Below, in pieces: positions 26,501-34,632 of a DNA stretch of 64,000 bases. Source of the DNA: a candidate division FCPU426 bacterium (GTDB lineage: Bacteria; Oederibacteriota; JAAXVQ01; JAUVAV01); the NCBI GenBank assembly GCA_030637655.1, contig DAOWGI010000031.1, positions 1 through 64,000 on the forward strand, given 5' to 3'. A program made the position numbers and the translations under genes. Every line of letters starts with the position of its first letter. Position 1 is the first letter of the stretch. The notes under the pieces are model-generated. The model did no database searches, was not told where the DNA came from, and saw nothing but the letters and a program-made list of their open reading frames with translations.

Positions 26501-27451
26501 ACGCTGGGAAGCTTATCTCTGCTCAGTGGCGGAGCAGTCACCGTTGCTCTGGCCGGTGGTTCCGCGGCTATGTTCATTGGGGGCGGAGTGGCTGCTGCCC
26601 TAGGATTGATGGTATTAATTGGGACCGCTTTTATGGTTTATCGCCAAACCAAAATTCCGGCAGTGGCAGATTCTGGTGAAGGTGCTCCGGCGGGTGCGTT
26701 GGCAAAAACAGGACTCCTTACTAAACTAATATCGAACATCAAAGACCGCCAAGTCTTGGGTGAAGCAGCGCAACCCGGAGCCAAAAAAGTCAACCCCTTC
26801 CTGCTCAATTTACGCGAGAGCCGGATTGGCCGGGCGTTGCTGTCTCGCCGCGGCATGCCAACTGGACTTCGCTTGATGATGCTCTTACCCAGCCCGGCCA
26901 TACGCGGCTTGCTGCGGGTAGTGGTGGCCGGCGCTATGGCTGCGGCCTGGATAGGTATGGTCGTGTTAGTCGGAAACGCTAATAGTGAACTGGCAATACT
27001 TGTAATTGTGTCCGGCATTGCGGCCCTGGCGCCGGCTAAGTATCTCAGTTACCAGCTACGTACAACAGTTTATTCACAAGTGGGTGGACAGCTTGTCAAT
27101 AGCCCATGGATGAAAAACAAATTAGCGAATATGGAACAGAATTGGAATGAAGCCAAGGTAATCAGCATGCTGCAAGGTCTGCTCACTATACTGGAAGCTG
27201 TGAAGGACAATGCTCAGGCTCGCGAAGGTGTGCTGGAAGTTATGGCGCAAGTGCCATATAAAGAACGGAAGACCGTGCTATTAACAACCAAAGATGGACA
27301 GAAGATGACCACCCGATCATTGCCAACAGTAATATTTGAACCATATTTGGCATGGAGAATGCTGCGAATATTCCCATCAATAATTATTGATGGGAAGGAA
27401 TTTAAGATGCCGCAACTACGTCAGCCCAGAGCTATGGACAGTTCTGCATAA
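17531..27451 (+). CDS. Giant membrane protein 2 (3306 aa): extended signal peptide, QDLH/VEG/GGFH domain, TM blocks, GGDEF-like domains, shared C-terminal domain
   Basis: 9.9-kb ORF, AAGGGAG RBS; N-terminal ~460 aa visibly paralogous to giant protein 3. Confidence 0.92.
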   Translation: MLPNIKFPKLDIAAALSLSAWQKSHRQLWTKVLVIMISITFLLPYVSFAFQPGTYPTDLVGAFGYTPLKANGAAIHIKPEWGRVTSSFHGTSNKTIVYIQDLHCNYEVQSNISFMLERLLKKNGLRLVGVEGESTPINVSQLSSIPILEVKKSVGQYFLQRGRITGPEYQSIMSKQPLILQGIESESLYLDNKDTLLKFLNEESQGYCEDLRYALERLKSPLYNIELAKLDHKQEDYDLENITLENYCDFLLLEAKKAGVEIKPYKVMRLYAIDHKLPITAAVDYEKLLAEAQALDRAIRGKYYTSPEQRRLDHYIYVLKIMENLVNISATQKDLTYFRRHREEFKITNLLHFLEDISYRFALHPDMDPGILKMDEYLNLAAKFYLVADERSHAFVENLTRAMKKHQQNTSVLITGGFHAAHVEKALRSQNISFITVKPRITRTDVENPYFSLLRNQKTPLERLLAQNENIFAVRSFFSRLLNFKLNRRYMETMCEIVTGYQLAVKQGLRGDDLQTAFINARKKNPADNPNLNIQLVEESSNPKNKVFVFRFVNDEENTHVVIRPNQTTNYQTMVESEVLYGNNYQFEFVSAEYFKDNRAAILGTPAPKRAGVKALTDMVLQISGITNPITRAIGGLALALGVGKHQPTLTVGLGRLSLIAWLINAGKLLSALGSGFSNITQSMATGWRQWHVNFAERNSLLMAWIAGISFTLLAHSVIMGATPLVPIAFMAAFTWSIGSLMHNNWFQPLASLVLLPRDDLIARAVQWGREAYGFGENDIVSTPREIILERIMTLAQGNPVLAEFIDNRADRLALAGMAYNEGQKTWTAGTAIGNVEALAQDFMEAETLAEQLAAGTKIANLKSTGNSPLAELIRNLQAKPNLETEEIILGMQHALNPERLMPECISPAQREAIKTVLADFKNVKVKLVQVGLINDVDFTPGVKQYAAMDEKLKELLGEFGKQMETYAIEYVSGDIERRRTAVAKAEVLAKLKPYSLQVKYLSDIITNAKAVINKAADLGDFLKGSEAARIATQSVRAMIANATPLVEAYANIEQALAAQDFSVEKAQALLEAIDREFADIEAVMAISDQTWKLRNQITAYNAQVKVEQPAAVKAASRQKAEKTTEDILNRAAPMNKATDENVLKILAANLKILGFKILNNGQAVLSAKAMRQKVRKIKGRIARERKILDKSFRILSRKKDLTKNEDEELGRLRRVLSQHDDALMELREISLAFKESGNLTFDIRVSEEMESDQQVILSAVGNVICFNAKNIPRFSAKKSRAQLMRRIARASGHIEGLELTQLGKDRLNIISKLLAGYKLKGTDMAFVAESKRAFMGTQTAEGRPALGVFWTAQQRDVMKEWLSSQRWQDYLNIFAMFDKAIPTDELQSMVPGNEADKTHQLGVAALEQITEALVQSEARMFSGADVLEVLRHMVESRLSVQNAVKLFQQEQVDYTGEKLLVEYENYEETQGPITSVKAVHSFIKTVFEGEAIAITPALRMFVDRLIANEQEALGDDNYAMELYLNFEEQAGQKLAGLPTAWQVQITEKLRSALDNALSRNAELIDLLIAKKLESLFKTQEAVAYALRNSPQFLRGNFPDKIFKGKQNLIISKMRQIDRFWFLNQTAKLNDEGSYSNRAPPLIERFMRDLQAALTKSSSQRIYFAFFFSLALVLITQAIILGFPVTAMILGPNIVPIAIILVSSLILSIRSKLPSSWLKIGTTVISLFAIVFSGYMILSGNLSAAPLSSMAPQPEEIASSLSSNFKPWAPGALVFLAGISRPIGHGLASIKKWAAGSKEPRMLDAVEGEAKLIEMLKETGNAWIVSSDVDSLKLYNNFYGKKITNVILDEIIETRVNALHSPQVKEIIKKYGITSDELYASRPSGDEGMDILPEKLSSEDVTAIMNIVRQAIPQALHLKYMAYDIKGKQTPDQEKKLRKAANAYNAKAKDEQKVRVFRDSDSDLRLLVKVEGKTDLGNKIIEELNLADEKGALHAVPITLSQNITKLDYPDNGYMLTPTCTFGASQAGRVLDKEEDFKKWALAAFKLADRLLLRGKDEGKNKVVVDDLEEKFEKLSRPPPKEGFMDKDQIAGITEAREAHLKNLDKKDAAGNKLYDQLVPYHFSIDGLKQKIKERLQELKGRDDFEPEIHFARASSDRGPDKILVFVLTPQGSASFKLEGSTGVELEGSYAFEGEENQGFAAVNERYDHAGGNVVISLPHYIIHQMTQANRHNWLNPNDLQGSFEIFVKQLEQEMNLPDNQVEINLSGACCGVSTNDLFAHLEDEAEIDATIGEMFRSLEETMLAKSEEDLGKITAHDHEEHQPLALARRARLGKQATIKLFKNKQAQLRMVKEVREARAELAKAKADKAPVFLSAASLLGLASPFLSGLDISPIITAVLAFGGIIGSLFLLENSFKTFSTIFRQLKTAFTPAAWRQYLAWARANPMIILAIGAGLYALFNPEASGETGYLAAMGIIGPSLELVDKDIRVKDTNSEEFEKFVQENTESRELRKLKIWVSDQTGSAGYNVFSPAQPLTETRISEKVSKLTDESLETMAKKGLMAIRTELEVKLGFYSEADLNEAFKYCVRKNNTMKVADAVATIKKKRLEYAAQNSEQVDFYLKVKFFLNNVKNENIKNIKPEVVKNFLDFIREQGYSVEHMQHTPEKFIEKFITAKNPSNELGESEEIKTQINQIIAALPEKRESEEYSIDGPAIAEAINGFKAFYLDTFSSLGQNNPEAIGFVYSRLEAWKFRVNENEREKVDGVAVNVNDVKYGRLSSDIKKTVGMLKAFIAKQQVIRLEKQAVDVVLTTSEDQKCWTKFGNDDYAALEKLVTAREQARAAADFEKIKQTFLKRIAEVSYFGTMADLRNLNYFYQLILAAITDQEYKELLENGKIEKDSQENQRKVLLGLEENGHPEIAAQLVLYYEVINEVLEGIDEIDVDWDQVRQNIERVCLEKSIANGVMAPKVAGSNILGKPEAGNIPGVSLFTLGSLSLLSGGAVTVALAGGSAAMFIGGGVAAALGLMVLIGTAFMVYRQTKIPAVADSGEGAPAGALAKTGLLTKLISNIKDRQVLGEAAQPGAKKVNPFLLNLRESRIGRALLSRRGMPTGLRLMMLLPSPAIRGLLRVVVAGAMAAAWIGMVVLVGNANSELAILVIVSGIAALAPAKYLSYQLRTTVYSQVGGQLVNSPWMKNKLANMEQNWNEAKVISMLQGLLTILEAVKDNAQAREGVLEVMAQVPYKERKTVLLTTKDGQKMTTRSLPTVIFEPYLAWRMLRIFPSIIIDGKEFKMPQLRQPRAMDSSA

Positions 27452-27533
27452 AAGTGTAGGAGCTTATTGAAAAACGCTTATTATATAATGATTTTATGTA
27501 GGAATTGCAAAAAAATATAAAAACAGTCGCAAT

Positions 27534-27562
27534 TTGAAATACGAGTTAAAATGTGCTATATA
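27534..27562 (+). promoter_or_regulatory. Possible sigma70 promoter for giant gene 3
   Basis: TTGAAA-17 bp-TATATA with TG extension in an AT-rich spacer. Confidence 0.35.
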
Positions 27563-27637
27563 TTATATGTATAATATAGCACGTTTAAAAACAAAACAAT
27601 TATAGAACGGTTTATTAATTAATTGGAGGATATGATT

Positions 27638-30600
27638 ATGTTGCCTTTTCTTTCATTCAAAAAAGTCTCAAGCTTTAACTTGAGTCTATCTCAGTGGTAT
27701 TTGCCACGCAGGCAGAAGCTCAAACGCGCGGTGGCTCTGCTTATTGCGCTCTGTTTTGTGCTGCCTACAGTGAGCTGGGCGTTTACTGTGGATAGTTATT
27801 TTTATCCGGATATGCAAAACATCCGGCTGGGTGATAAAGGCAGCAAACAATTGGCTTTGGATTATTCTATTCCCGCGCATCTGGGTAAAGTGGTGGAAGC
27901 CGGTTTTGCGCCCGGGGATTTGACCTTTATTCTGATTCAGGACTTGCACTGTAATTACGAGATTCAATCCAATATTCAAGCCATGCTTAACCGCCTGATT
28001 AGAAGACATCCTGAGATAAAATTGGTGGCTGTCGAAGGCGCCAGTGGGATTATTCCCACCATGGAATTGGCCTATATTCCGGATTCGCCGGCCAAGCGCG
28101 CGGTGGCGGATTATTTTATGCGGGAGGGCAAACTAACCGGCGCGGATTGCCTGGTGATCTGCGACCGGCCCGCGATTGAGCTGTTTGGCGCTGAGGACGG
28201 GCAACTGTATGACCGCAGCCTGGAATTGATCCAGGAATTTACTACTGCGGAAAACCAGGGGCTGATTCTGGAATTGATGGATCAACTGGATATGCTCCAG
28301 GACAAAATTTATAATCCTCAGTTATTGGCTTGGGAACAAAGACGACGGGCCTATTTGCAGGGAAACATAGGCACTGAGGAATATCACTACAGCCTGATCC
28401 AAAATGCCCGCAGTCTGAGAATTCCGGAGATTCCTCCGGTTTTGCGTAAATCCGGCCGCAGGCACAATCTGGATTATCAAGAGCGCGAAATCCAGGCTCA
28501 ATATCTTGAAACCGAGATCCGCGCCCGCCTGGCAAAGAGTGTTGCAGAGAGGCGGCTCATTGAGTACCAGGATTTTGTGGAGATTTTAGAGCGGATTTTA
28601 AATGTCTCAGCCGCGCGTGAAGATATTCTCAAGTATCAAACCCAATCCCGAAAAATTTCCCTGAAACTTATCTTAAAAGAATTAAAAGCTTCATTGGGAG
28701 ATATTTATTTCACCACCGTGGAAGATATGGACATGCTGGAGACGGCTGTAGGTAAATCTTTGAAATTTTATCAATTAGCTGAAGAGCGCAACCACGCGCT
28801 TTTGGGAAATGCGGCCCAGCGGGCGCGCAGCCGTAAGGAACAACACGTGGTTTTGGTTACCGGCGGATTTCATACCCCGGCGATTATTGATCTGATTAAG
28901 GCCCAGGGCCAGTCCTATGTCAGCCTGCGCCCGGCTATGACCAAAGTCGATACTTCCAGCAATTATTTTGAATTACTGCGCAATCCCGAGCAGCCCACAG
29001 ACCTGGAAAGACTGCTGGCTGCCGGCCAGGCTACCCCAACTTCTGCCATGGCGGTAATAAATTTAGTGAATACAGTTTTATTTAAGCCTGCCGTGAAATT
29101 TATAAGGGAAAAGCCGGCAAAAATGTACCGCAGCGCTATACATCGGATGCAGAGCGGCCCATTCACGCTGAAACGAACAGAAAAAAAATTCATCGAGGCT
29201 TCTACTTCGGGCGGGGATAAAATAGGATTTTCGTTTGAAAGAATATGGCGCATTGTAGGGCTGGAGGAGTTTGGCCAGATTCCCCAAACGAGTCTCTTGG
29301 CTTCAGAGAGGATGCGTGTTGGCGCGTTAGCTTTGCTGGGCTTAAGCCTGATAGTGGTGATTCCGGCGGTTTTAGGCGTTTTAGGCGTCACGGCAACCGG
29401 TGTAGTGACAGTCGGACTGGCCGGATTCGGGCTAAGTGTAGCGGCAGGGATGCTTTGGAGTGAAGCAAAGTATATGAAAGCCATATCCGAATTTTTTAGA
29501 CAAAATCCCAACGCATTAAAAGGGGTTGCAGTAACAACATGTATACTGTTGGCGCTCCTTCCTTTATATATGGTTGCAGGTGCCGCGGCAGCAGAAACAA
29601 GCGTAGAATTTGCGGGCGCGATTCAGGGCGTCCCGGCGGCGACATTCACGCCGACATTAGCTGGGGTTCATGGAGCAATCGGCGTGGCACTAAATTACAC
29701 GCCGGGTATAGAGGGCTTAAGTATACAGCCACACTCAGGCCAGTTAGGAATTAATTTAAAAAAAATGATTAATTTGTTAGGAACAATTTTTCCGGTTTTT
29801 ATATTTGGTGCAGTAATAGATAGTATACGCGCTTTACTTGTTACGGATCCAAAAATTATTGAAAACACTCAGGATAAAAGTTTCCTAGAGGTACAAGGTA
29901 TGGAGCGGAAAAAGATTCCCCTTGGCAAAATAGAACAGGAGATAGAGTACGCTGAGAAGTTTATGTACGGCAACAAAGTCGATTCATGGCAAGATTTGCC
30001 GTCTAGAGGATATGATGTTGTAATAGAAGAAAAACATGTAATAACAATGAGAAAAATATTGAATTTATTGGGTATGGCAGAATTTCAAAAAAAGATAGGA
30101 ACGCGACTATTTTTTAAAAATAATCATTTTCAAGGAATTTTATCTGCAGGAATCGATGAATTAATAAAGGGAGACACAATAGAATTGGCACCTAGTTTGA
30201 CAATAGTCAGACCTAAACCAGGAATGTTTGATCCAATATCAGAAGTTGACAACTATAATCCTGCAGGGTATCGGGCAAAGATCGGTGAAGAAAGATGGAA
30301 AGAGTATTTGGAAATATGGGACAAAAAGGTAGTTCAGCCTGCCATAGCAAGAGGTGAAGCTGATCTGTTCATCACAAAGAAACAATTAGAGGATTTGTCT
30401 AGAATAGAATCTACTCAAATAGCCCAAATGGGAAATGATGAAAAAGCACATTTGGGAACAATAATAGAGCAGTATCATGCTATGTTGCATGAAATATTTC
30501 ATTTTATGGCTCATGAACTTGTTTTTCTCCGGGAAGATGTAGATGGCGTAAAACGTCCATGGTGGAAAATATTTGCCAGGCATTTCGCGCAGGACCCCGG

Positions 30601-33600
30601 AATACACGAGTATAAAAGTAATACTAGGGTGCTTGAGGAAGAACCTTGGGAATTGATGGGTATAGAGAGTTTTCTTGAGACTTTTTGCAATAAAGGGTCG
30701 GATGTGCTATTAAAATTAGCTTTTCCTTATAACGATGAGCTAAAGCTAGGGCTTGACGAAGGCGTAAAAAAAGTAATTGAATTATTTGACGGGCAAGTGA
30801 GCCCAGAGCTGGAAGCTGAATATATCGCATTCATGGAGCATATAAAGGCAAGAAGTGACCTGGTTCTAAAGTATAAAAAAAAATCGAATATAACAAACGG
30901 ACCAATATATAAAGCAAGTACACATACAATAACATCTGGGTTTCCAGAAGAAACAGAAGAGCTGAGACTTAATGTTAATATTTCCTGGATGAAAGCCATT
31001 ACTCGGGCATTATTTATCGGAATTATTGTAACATTCGCGGCTCACTCTATTTTGTTTGGCTTTATAGGCGGTATAGTGTATGGGCTTTGGCAGATCGCGA
31101 AAGTTGGTTTTTTTGCAATATATGAAGGGAAAAAAGAAAAAATTGATACAGCTCTTAAGGATTGGCAGGATAAAAAGGAAAAAGGCCCAAATAAATGGCT
31201 AAAAGAGCATTCATGGATTGGTCAACTTTGTGAAACGCATAACTTTGAGCTGGATAAATTAAGAATCATGGATGAAAAAGGAAGCGTTTTTCGGCAATTT
31301 TTAAGCAAGGGATTTAGCCCGGCAAATTTTGTCGAAAGGACAGATAAGAACACAGGGAAAAAAATCCGCACGATCAACTTACATCCTGTTTTTTTAATTT
31401 TACCTCGCATATTTGCCGAGAGCCTATTAATCCATGAATTGAAACATTTAGAAGACATTCAAGCTTCTCCAACCAGGCCTCCTGAATGGCAACTGGAACT
31501 TAGGGCGGAACACGCAGCTTTAATGGCGATAATATTGTATCCTAAGAAAATCCGGCAGGAAAAAAATTCCATCCCTAATTATTCTGCTGATATTACTTCA
31601 GATATTGTCAAAAAGGTCGCGCCACGAAGTGTAAAAACATCTACCCCGATCTATGAGGAAGGCATGTTTCATGCTAGAAGTAAAATGCCAATAGATGAGG
31701 TGGCGGGTGTGCCGGATTCGACACCTAAAGAATTGAATTTAGTCTCAGCAAAAGCATATAGTGGTAGTGTTAAAGGCAAACCAATAAAAAGTCCTGGGAT
31801 TATGGCTGTAGAATTGACAATCGATGATGATAGTTATAGGCGGACGAAGACGGTAATGCCGGAAGTAGAGGCTATATCCCCGGGAAATAAGAAAACAGTA
31901 GGTAAGGAATTCAAAAAGTATGTAAACGCAAAAGGATATTCAAGAGTCTCAACCCCAGACGATATGGCTCAGGTTAGCGTAGGTGTTGAGCAGCAATCAG
32001 ATTTGCAAGAAATCCCGGCCGCCACCGAACAAACTTCCGACGCGCGGCCTGCTGCCTATCAAGCGAGCAGCACAGATACCCAAACAACCCAGCCCTACTC
32101 CGCCGGCCAAAGAAACGTCACCCCTGTCCCGCCGCCGGTGGGAGCTATGAATTATCTATGGAATACTTTTAGTCGATTAATAAACGCCACCGGACCGCCG
32201 CAAGTGCAAACCTGGCCAACTGCCGGCCGTATTGCCCGGGATGCTTTGTATTTATGGCAAGCTGCAAAAGCCGGTCTTAGTCCGGGAGAGGTCTTTACTG
32301 TTTATATGGATAATGAAGACTTACTAAAAATTACAATTTATATTATAAATAAAATGGCAGACGCAGATGACGCTTCTTATAAAGCGCTGCAAACCGCGAT
32401 CCAAAACGGAACCGTCCAATTCAGCATGCTTCCTTCAGACAAGTTCGGCCGGCCCAGCGCATCTGGAATAAAAGCTACGCCGGGCACGGTTATTTTAACT
32501 GATCAGTCGACCCGCAAAGACTACTGTGTAGTCCGCGCTGATAAGACTGCCAGTGTTATAACCTCGTCACTTATGCTCAGATTAGATATTTTACATCAAT
32601 TGTTTCCAGATGCAGTTGTAGCTGAACTGCTGAAGCAGAACAAAATGCTGATTAAGAGTTTAGGACAATTACGAAACCTAAATGAACTCGAGCGTCGGCT
32701 AAGCCAAGGATATGTTTTCCTGACATCTGAATGGCTGGACCAGCACCTGACGCAAGTGCAGCAAAATCAGGCGCAATTATTTGCTCCTGGAAAGTGCAGA
32801 GTTTTTAATGGTGAACAAGACATAGCCACGCGGTCTGATCTTCAACGGAGGATAAAGGCGGAAATGGATAAATATTTAGCCAGGATGGATAAGGAGAAAA
32901 AAACCGAACTGCATATTACTCTAGAGGAGATTCAGGCCGCGGTGGAGGCTGCTTCGCTGGCAACAGAAGGTCCTGTATTGCTAATCAGCGCTGATGCGGA
33001 GGTGTTTGAGGCAAGCGCGAGGGTAGTTGAGAAACAAAAAAGTCCGGGAACTTTCCTGAACATGCAGGAATGGTTGGAAAGCACAACAGGTGAAGAAAAA
33101 CTCAGAGTTATTATCAATGAACTAATGATGGCGCGGCTGGAAAGCGGACAATTTGGCATTGGTGCAGAAGAGCTGAAAAGGCTTGCCGAAGAAGAAGTAA
33201 GCCCAACAAGTTGGTTTGAAGAGCAAGCCGAAAAAGCAAATGTTAATGCTAAAGTGCTATTGCTCAGCAAGCATGGCGTGAAGCTTCCGCCCGGCTTCAG
33301 AGAGCGGGGGACACCTATGTTACTCCGTGGTCAATACATGGGCCCGGTCGTAGAAGGGCGTAAATTGGAGTTCGAAGCAGTCGGCAGGCAGCCGGTGCCG
33401 GAATTTACAACTCCACTCATGAAGACGAAAGGCGGAGAAAAGGTTCTTTCTCTGATCTTTCTCCTGATTACCGCTGGTTTTAACACTGTGACCACAGGAT
33501 TTGCAACAGCTACTAAGTCACGGATTGAAAATCTCCGCCGGGTGGCTGCAGCAAAAGCTCGGACGCCAATTCCTTTTGTCACTATCTCAATGCATTATAT

Positions 33601-34405
33601 TATTGGTATTACGACCGGTTTTAAAATCGTATTAAGCCCGAAGTTTTTTAAGGCCTTAAGGATGATATGGGAGATTTCGTCTGGCCGCGGTATAAATATT
33701 TCAGAATTATGGGTTGGCGGGCATCTGGAAAAATCTTTGGCAGCGCTTGCGGAACATAAAGATTTGGTAAACAAAGGGGAAACTAAAAATCTTCCCTCAA
33801 GCTTGCAGATGCTGGTAAGCTTTAAGCAGGAATTTTTACAGAAGAGATTCGGGTTTTTAATGAAGTTGCTGAACATCTCGTCATTGGATCGCTATAACCA
33901 GGAACTGCTGATAATTCTGCACGCTTTAGAAGAAACTGTGCAGTACATTATGGCGGAGATTGATCCGGCCATGGTCATTCAGGTGGAACTCGAGAAATTA
34001 GCGCGATCAAAGCCGGAAGATGCTCTCAGACTGGAAACCAAGCTCGCTTTGGTTTTAAAGCAACTGGCGCGCAAGCCTTCCAAAAAGTATCTGCACCGCC
34101 TGCTTAGAACTCTGTTAACACAAGCAGGGAACGCGGCGGACGCGACCCCGGCGGAATATAGATACTGTGAAAACGTTTTTCGGCTTATGGGAAAAGTCAC
34201 TCCTGACAAGCAGAGATTATGCCGCATCAGGCTATCGCATGCTGAGCCGGCTCTGGAAGTAAATCTGCCTGAAATGATTTTTAAAGACAAATTTTTATTT
34301 AACCAGTTGCATGGCATGTTTCCATACGCTGTTTACAATGAAAACAATAAGCTAATAGAACCTCTCTCTGAGCCGCAGTTATTGCGTTTCACAGGCGCTG
34401 CTTAA
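27638..34405 (+). CDS. Giant membrane protein 3 (~2255 aa): same N-terminal domain, two HExxH zincin-like domains, shared C-terminal domain
   Basis: GGAGG 8 nt before ATG 27638 gives an MLP start matching giant 2 (ORF track uses TTG 27623); HEIFH and HELKH motifs. Confidence 0.92.
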   Translation: MLPFLSFKKVSSFNLSLSQWYLPRRQKLKRAVALLIALCFVLPTVSWAFTVDSYFYPDMQNIRLGDKGSKQLALDYSIPAHLGKVVEAGFAPGDLTFILIQDLHCNYEIQSNIQAMLNRLIRRHPEIKLVAVEGASGIIPTMELAYIPDSPAKRAVADYFMREGKLTGADCLVICDRPAIELFGAEDGQLYDRSLELIQEFTTAENQGLILELMDQLDMLQDKIYNPQLLAWEQRRRAYLQGNIGTEEYHYSLIQNARSLRIPEIPPVLRKSGRRHNLDYQEREIQAQYLETEIRARLAKSVAERRLIEYQDFVEILERILNVSAAREDILKYQTQSRKISLKLILKELKASLGDIYFTTVEDMDMLETAVGKSLKFYQLAEERNHALLGNAAQRARSRKEQHVVLVTGGFHTPAIIDLIKAQGQSYVSLRPAMTKVDTSSNYFELLRNPEQPTDLERLLAAGQATPTSAMAVINLVNTVLFKPAVKFIREKPAKMYRSAIHRMQSGPFTLKRTEKKFIEASTSGGDKIGFSFERIWRIVGLEEFGQIPQTSLLASERMRVGALALLGLSLIVVIPAVLGVLGVTATGVVTVGLAGFGLSVAAGMLWSEAKYMKAISEFFRQNPNALKGVAVTTCILLALLPLYMVAGAAAAETSVEFAGAIQGVPAATFTPTLAGVHGAIGVALNYTPGIEGLSIQPHSGQLGINLKKMINLLGTIFPVFIFGAVIDSIRALLVTDPKIIENTQDKSFLEVQGMERKKIPLGKIEQEIEYAEKFMYGNKVDSWQDLPSRGYDVVIEEKHVITMRKILNLLGMAEFQKKIGTRLFFKNNHFQGILSAGIDELIKGDTIELAPSLTIVRPKPGMFDPISEVDNYNPAGYRAKIGEERWKEYLEIWDKKVVQPAIARGEADLFITKKQLEDLSRIESTQIAQMGNDEKAHLGTIIEQYHAMLHEIFHFMAHELVFLREDVDGVKRPWWKIFARHFAQDPGIHEYKSNTRVLEEEPWELMGIESFLETFCNKGSDVLLKLAFPYNDELKLGLDEGVKKVIELFDGQVSPELEAEYIAFMEHIKARSDLVLKYKKKSNITNGPIYKASTHTITSGFPEETEELRLNVNISWMKAITRALFIGIIVTFAAHSILFGFIGGIVYGLWQIAKVGFFAIYEGKKEKIDTALKDWQDKKEKGPNKWLKEHSWIGQLCETHNFELDKLRIMDEKGSVFRQFLSKGFSPANFVERTDKNTGKKIRTINLHPVFLILPRIFAESLLIHELKHLEDIQASPTRPPEWQLELRAEHAALMAIILYPKKIRQEKNSIPNYSADITSDIVKKVAPRSVKTSTPIYEEGMFHARSKMPIDEVAGVPDSTPKELNLVSAKAYSGSVKGKPIKSPGIMAVELTIDDDSYRRTKTVMPEVEAISPGNKKTVGKEFKKYVNAKGYSRVSTPDDMAQVSVGVEQQSDLQEIPAATEQTSDARPAAYQASSTDTQTTQPYSAGQRNVTPVPPPVGAMNYLWNTFSRLINATGPPQVQTWPTAGRIARDALYLWQAAKAGLSPGEVFTVYMDNEDLLKITIYIINKMADADDASYKALQTAIQNGTVQFSMLPSDKFGRPSASGIKATPGTVILTDQSTRKDYCVVRADKTASVITSSLMLRLDILHQLFPDAVVAELLKQNKMLIKSLGQLRNLNELERRLSQGYVFLTSEWLDQHLTQVQQNQAQLFAPGKCRVFNGEQDIATRSDLQRRIKAEMDKYLARMDKEKKTELHITLEEIQAAVEAASLATEGPVLLISADAEVFEASARVVEKQKSPGTFLNMQEWLESTTGEEKLRVIINELMMARLESGQFGIGAEELKRLAEEEVSPTSWFEEQAEKANVNAKVLLLSKHGVKLPPGFRERGTPMLLRGQYMGPVVEGRKLEFEAVGRQPVPEFTTPLMKTKGGEKVLSLIFLLITAGFNTVTTGFATATKSRIENLRRVAAAKARTPIPFVTISMHYIIGITTGFKIVLSPKFFKALRMIWEISSGRGINISELWVGGHLEKSLAALAEHKDLVNKGETKNLPSSLQMLVSFKQEFLQKRFGFLMKLLNISSLDRYNQELLIILHALEETVQYIMAEIDPAMVIQVELEKLARSKPEDALRLETKLALVLKQLARKPSKKYLHRLLRTLLTQAGNAADATPAEYRYCENVFRLMGKVTPDKQRLCRIRLSHAEPALEVNLPEMIFKDKFLFNQLHGMFPYAVYNENNKLIEPLSEPQLLRFTGAA

Positions 34406-34449
34406 TATCAGCGCGCACAGCAGCGGATACAGATGGACCTTTGATATTT

Positions 34450-34474
34450 GTAGGGGCGCCCTTTACGGGCGCCC
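34450..34474. repeat. GTAG REP-like palindrome
   Basis: gtaggggcgccctttacgggcgccc. Confidence 0.8.
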
Positions 34475-34632
34475 TGAATTATTTTACTCCATGCATTTCC
34501 TTCCCCCGGCGTGTCATAAATGTTATTATTAAGGTTATTATTGTCCAAATTAAAAATCAGTAACCACGGATGAACACAGATTAACACGGATTTTAAAAGC
34601 TGTTTCAGCATACTCTGGTTTTCCGCAACAGA

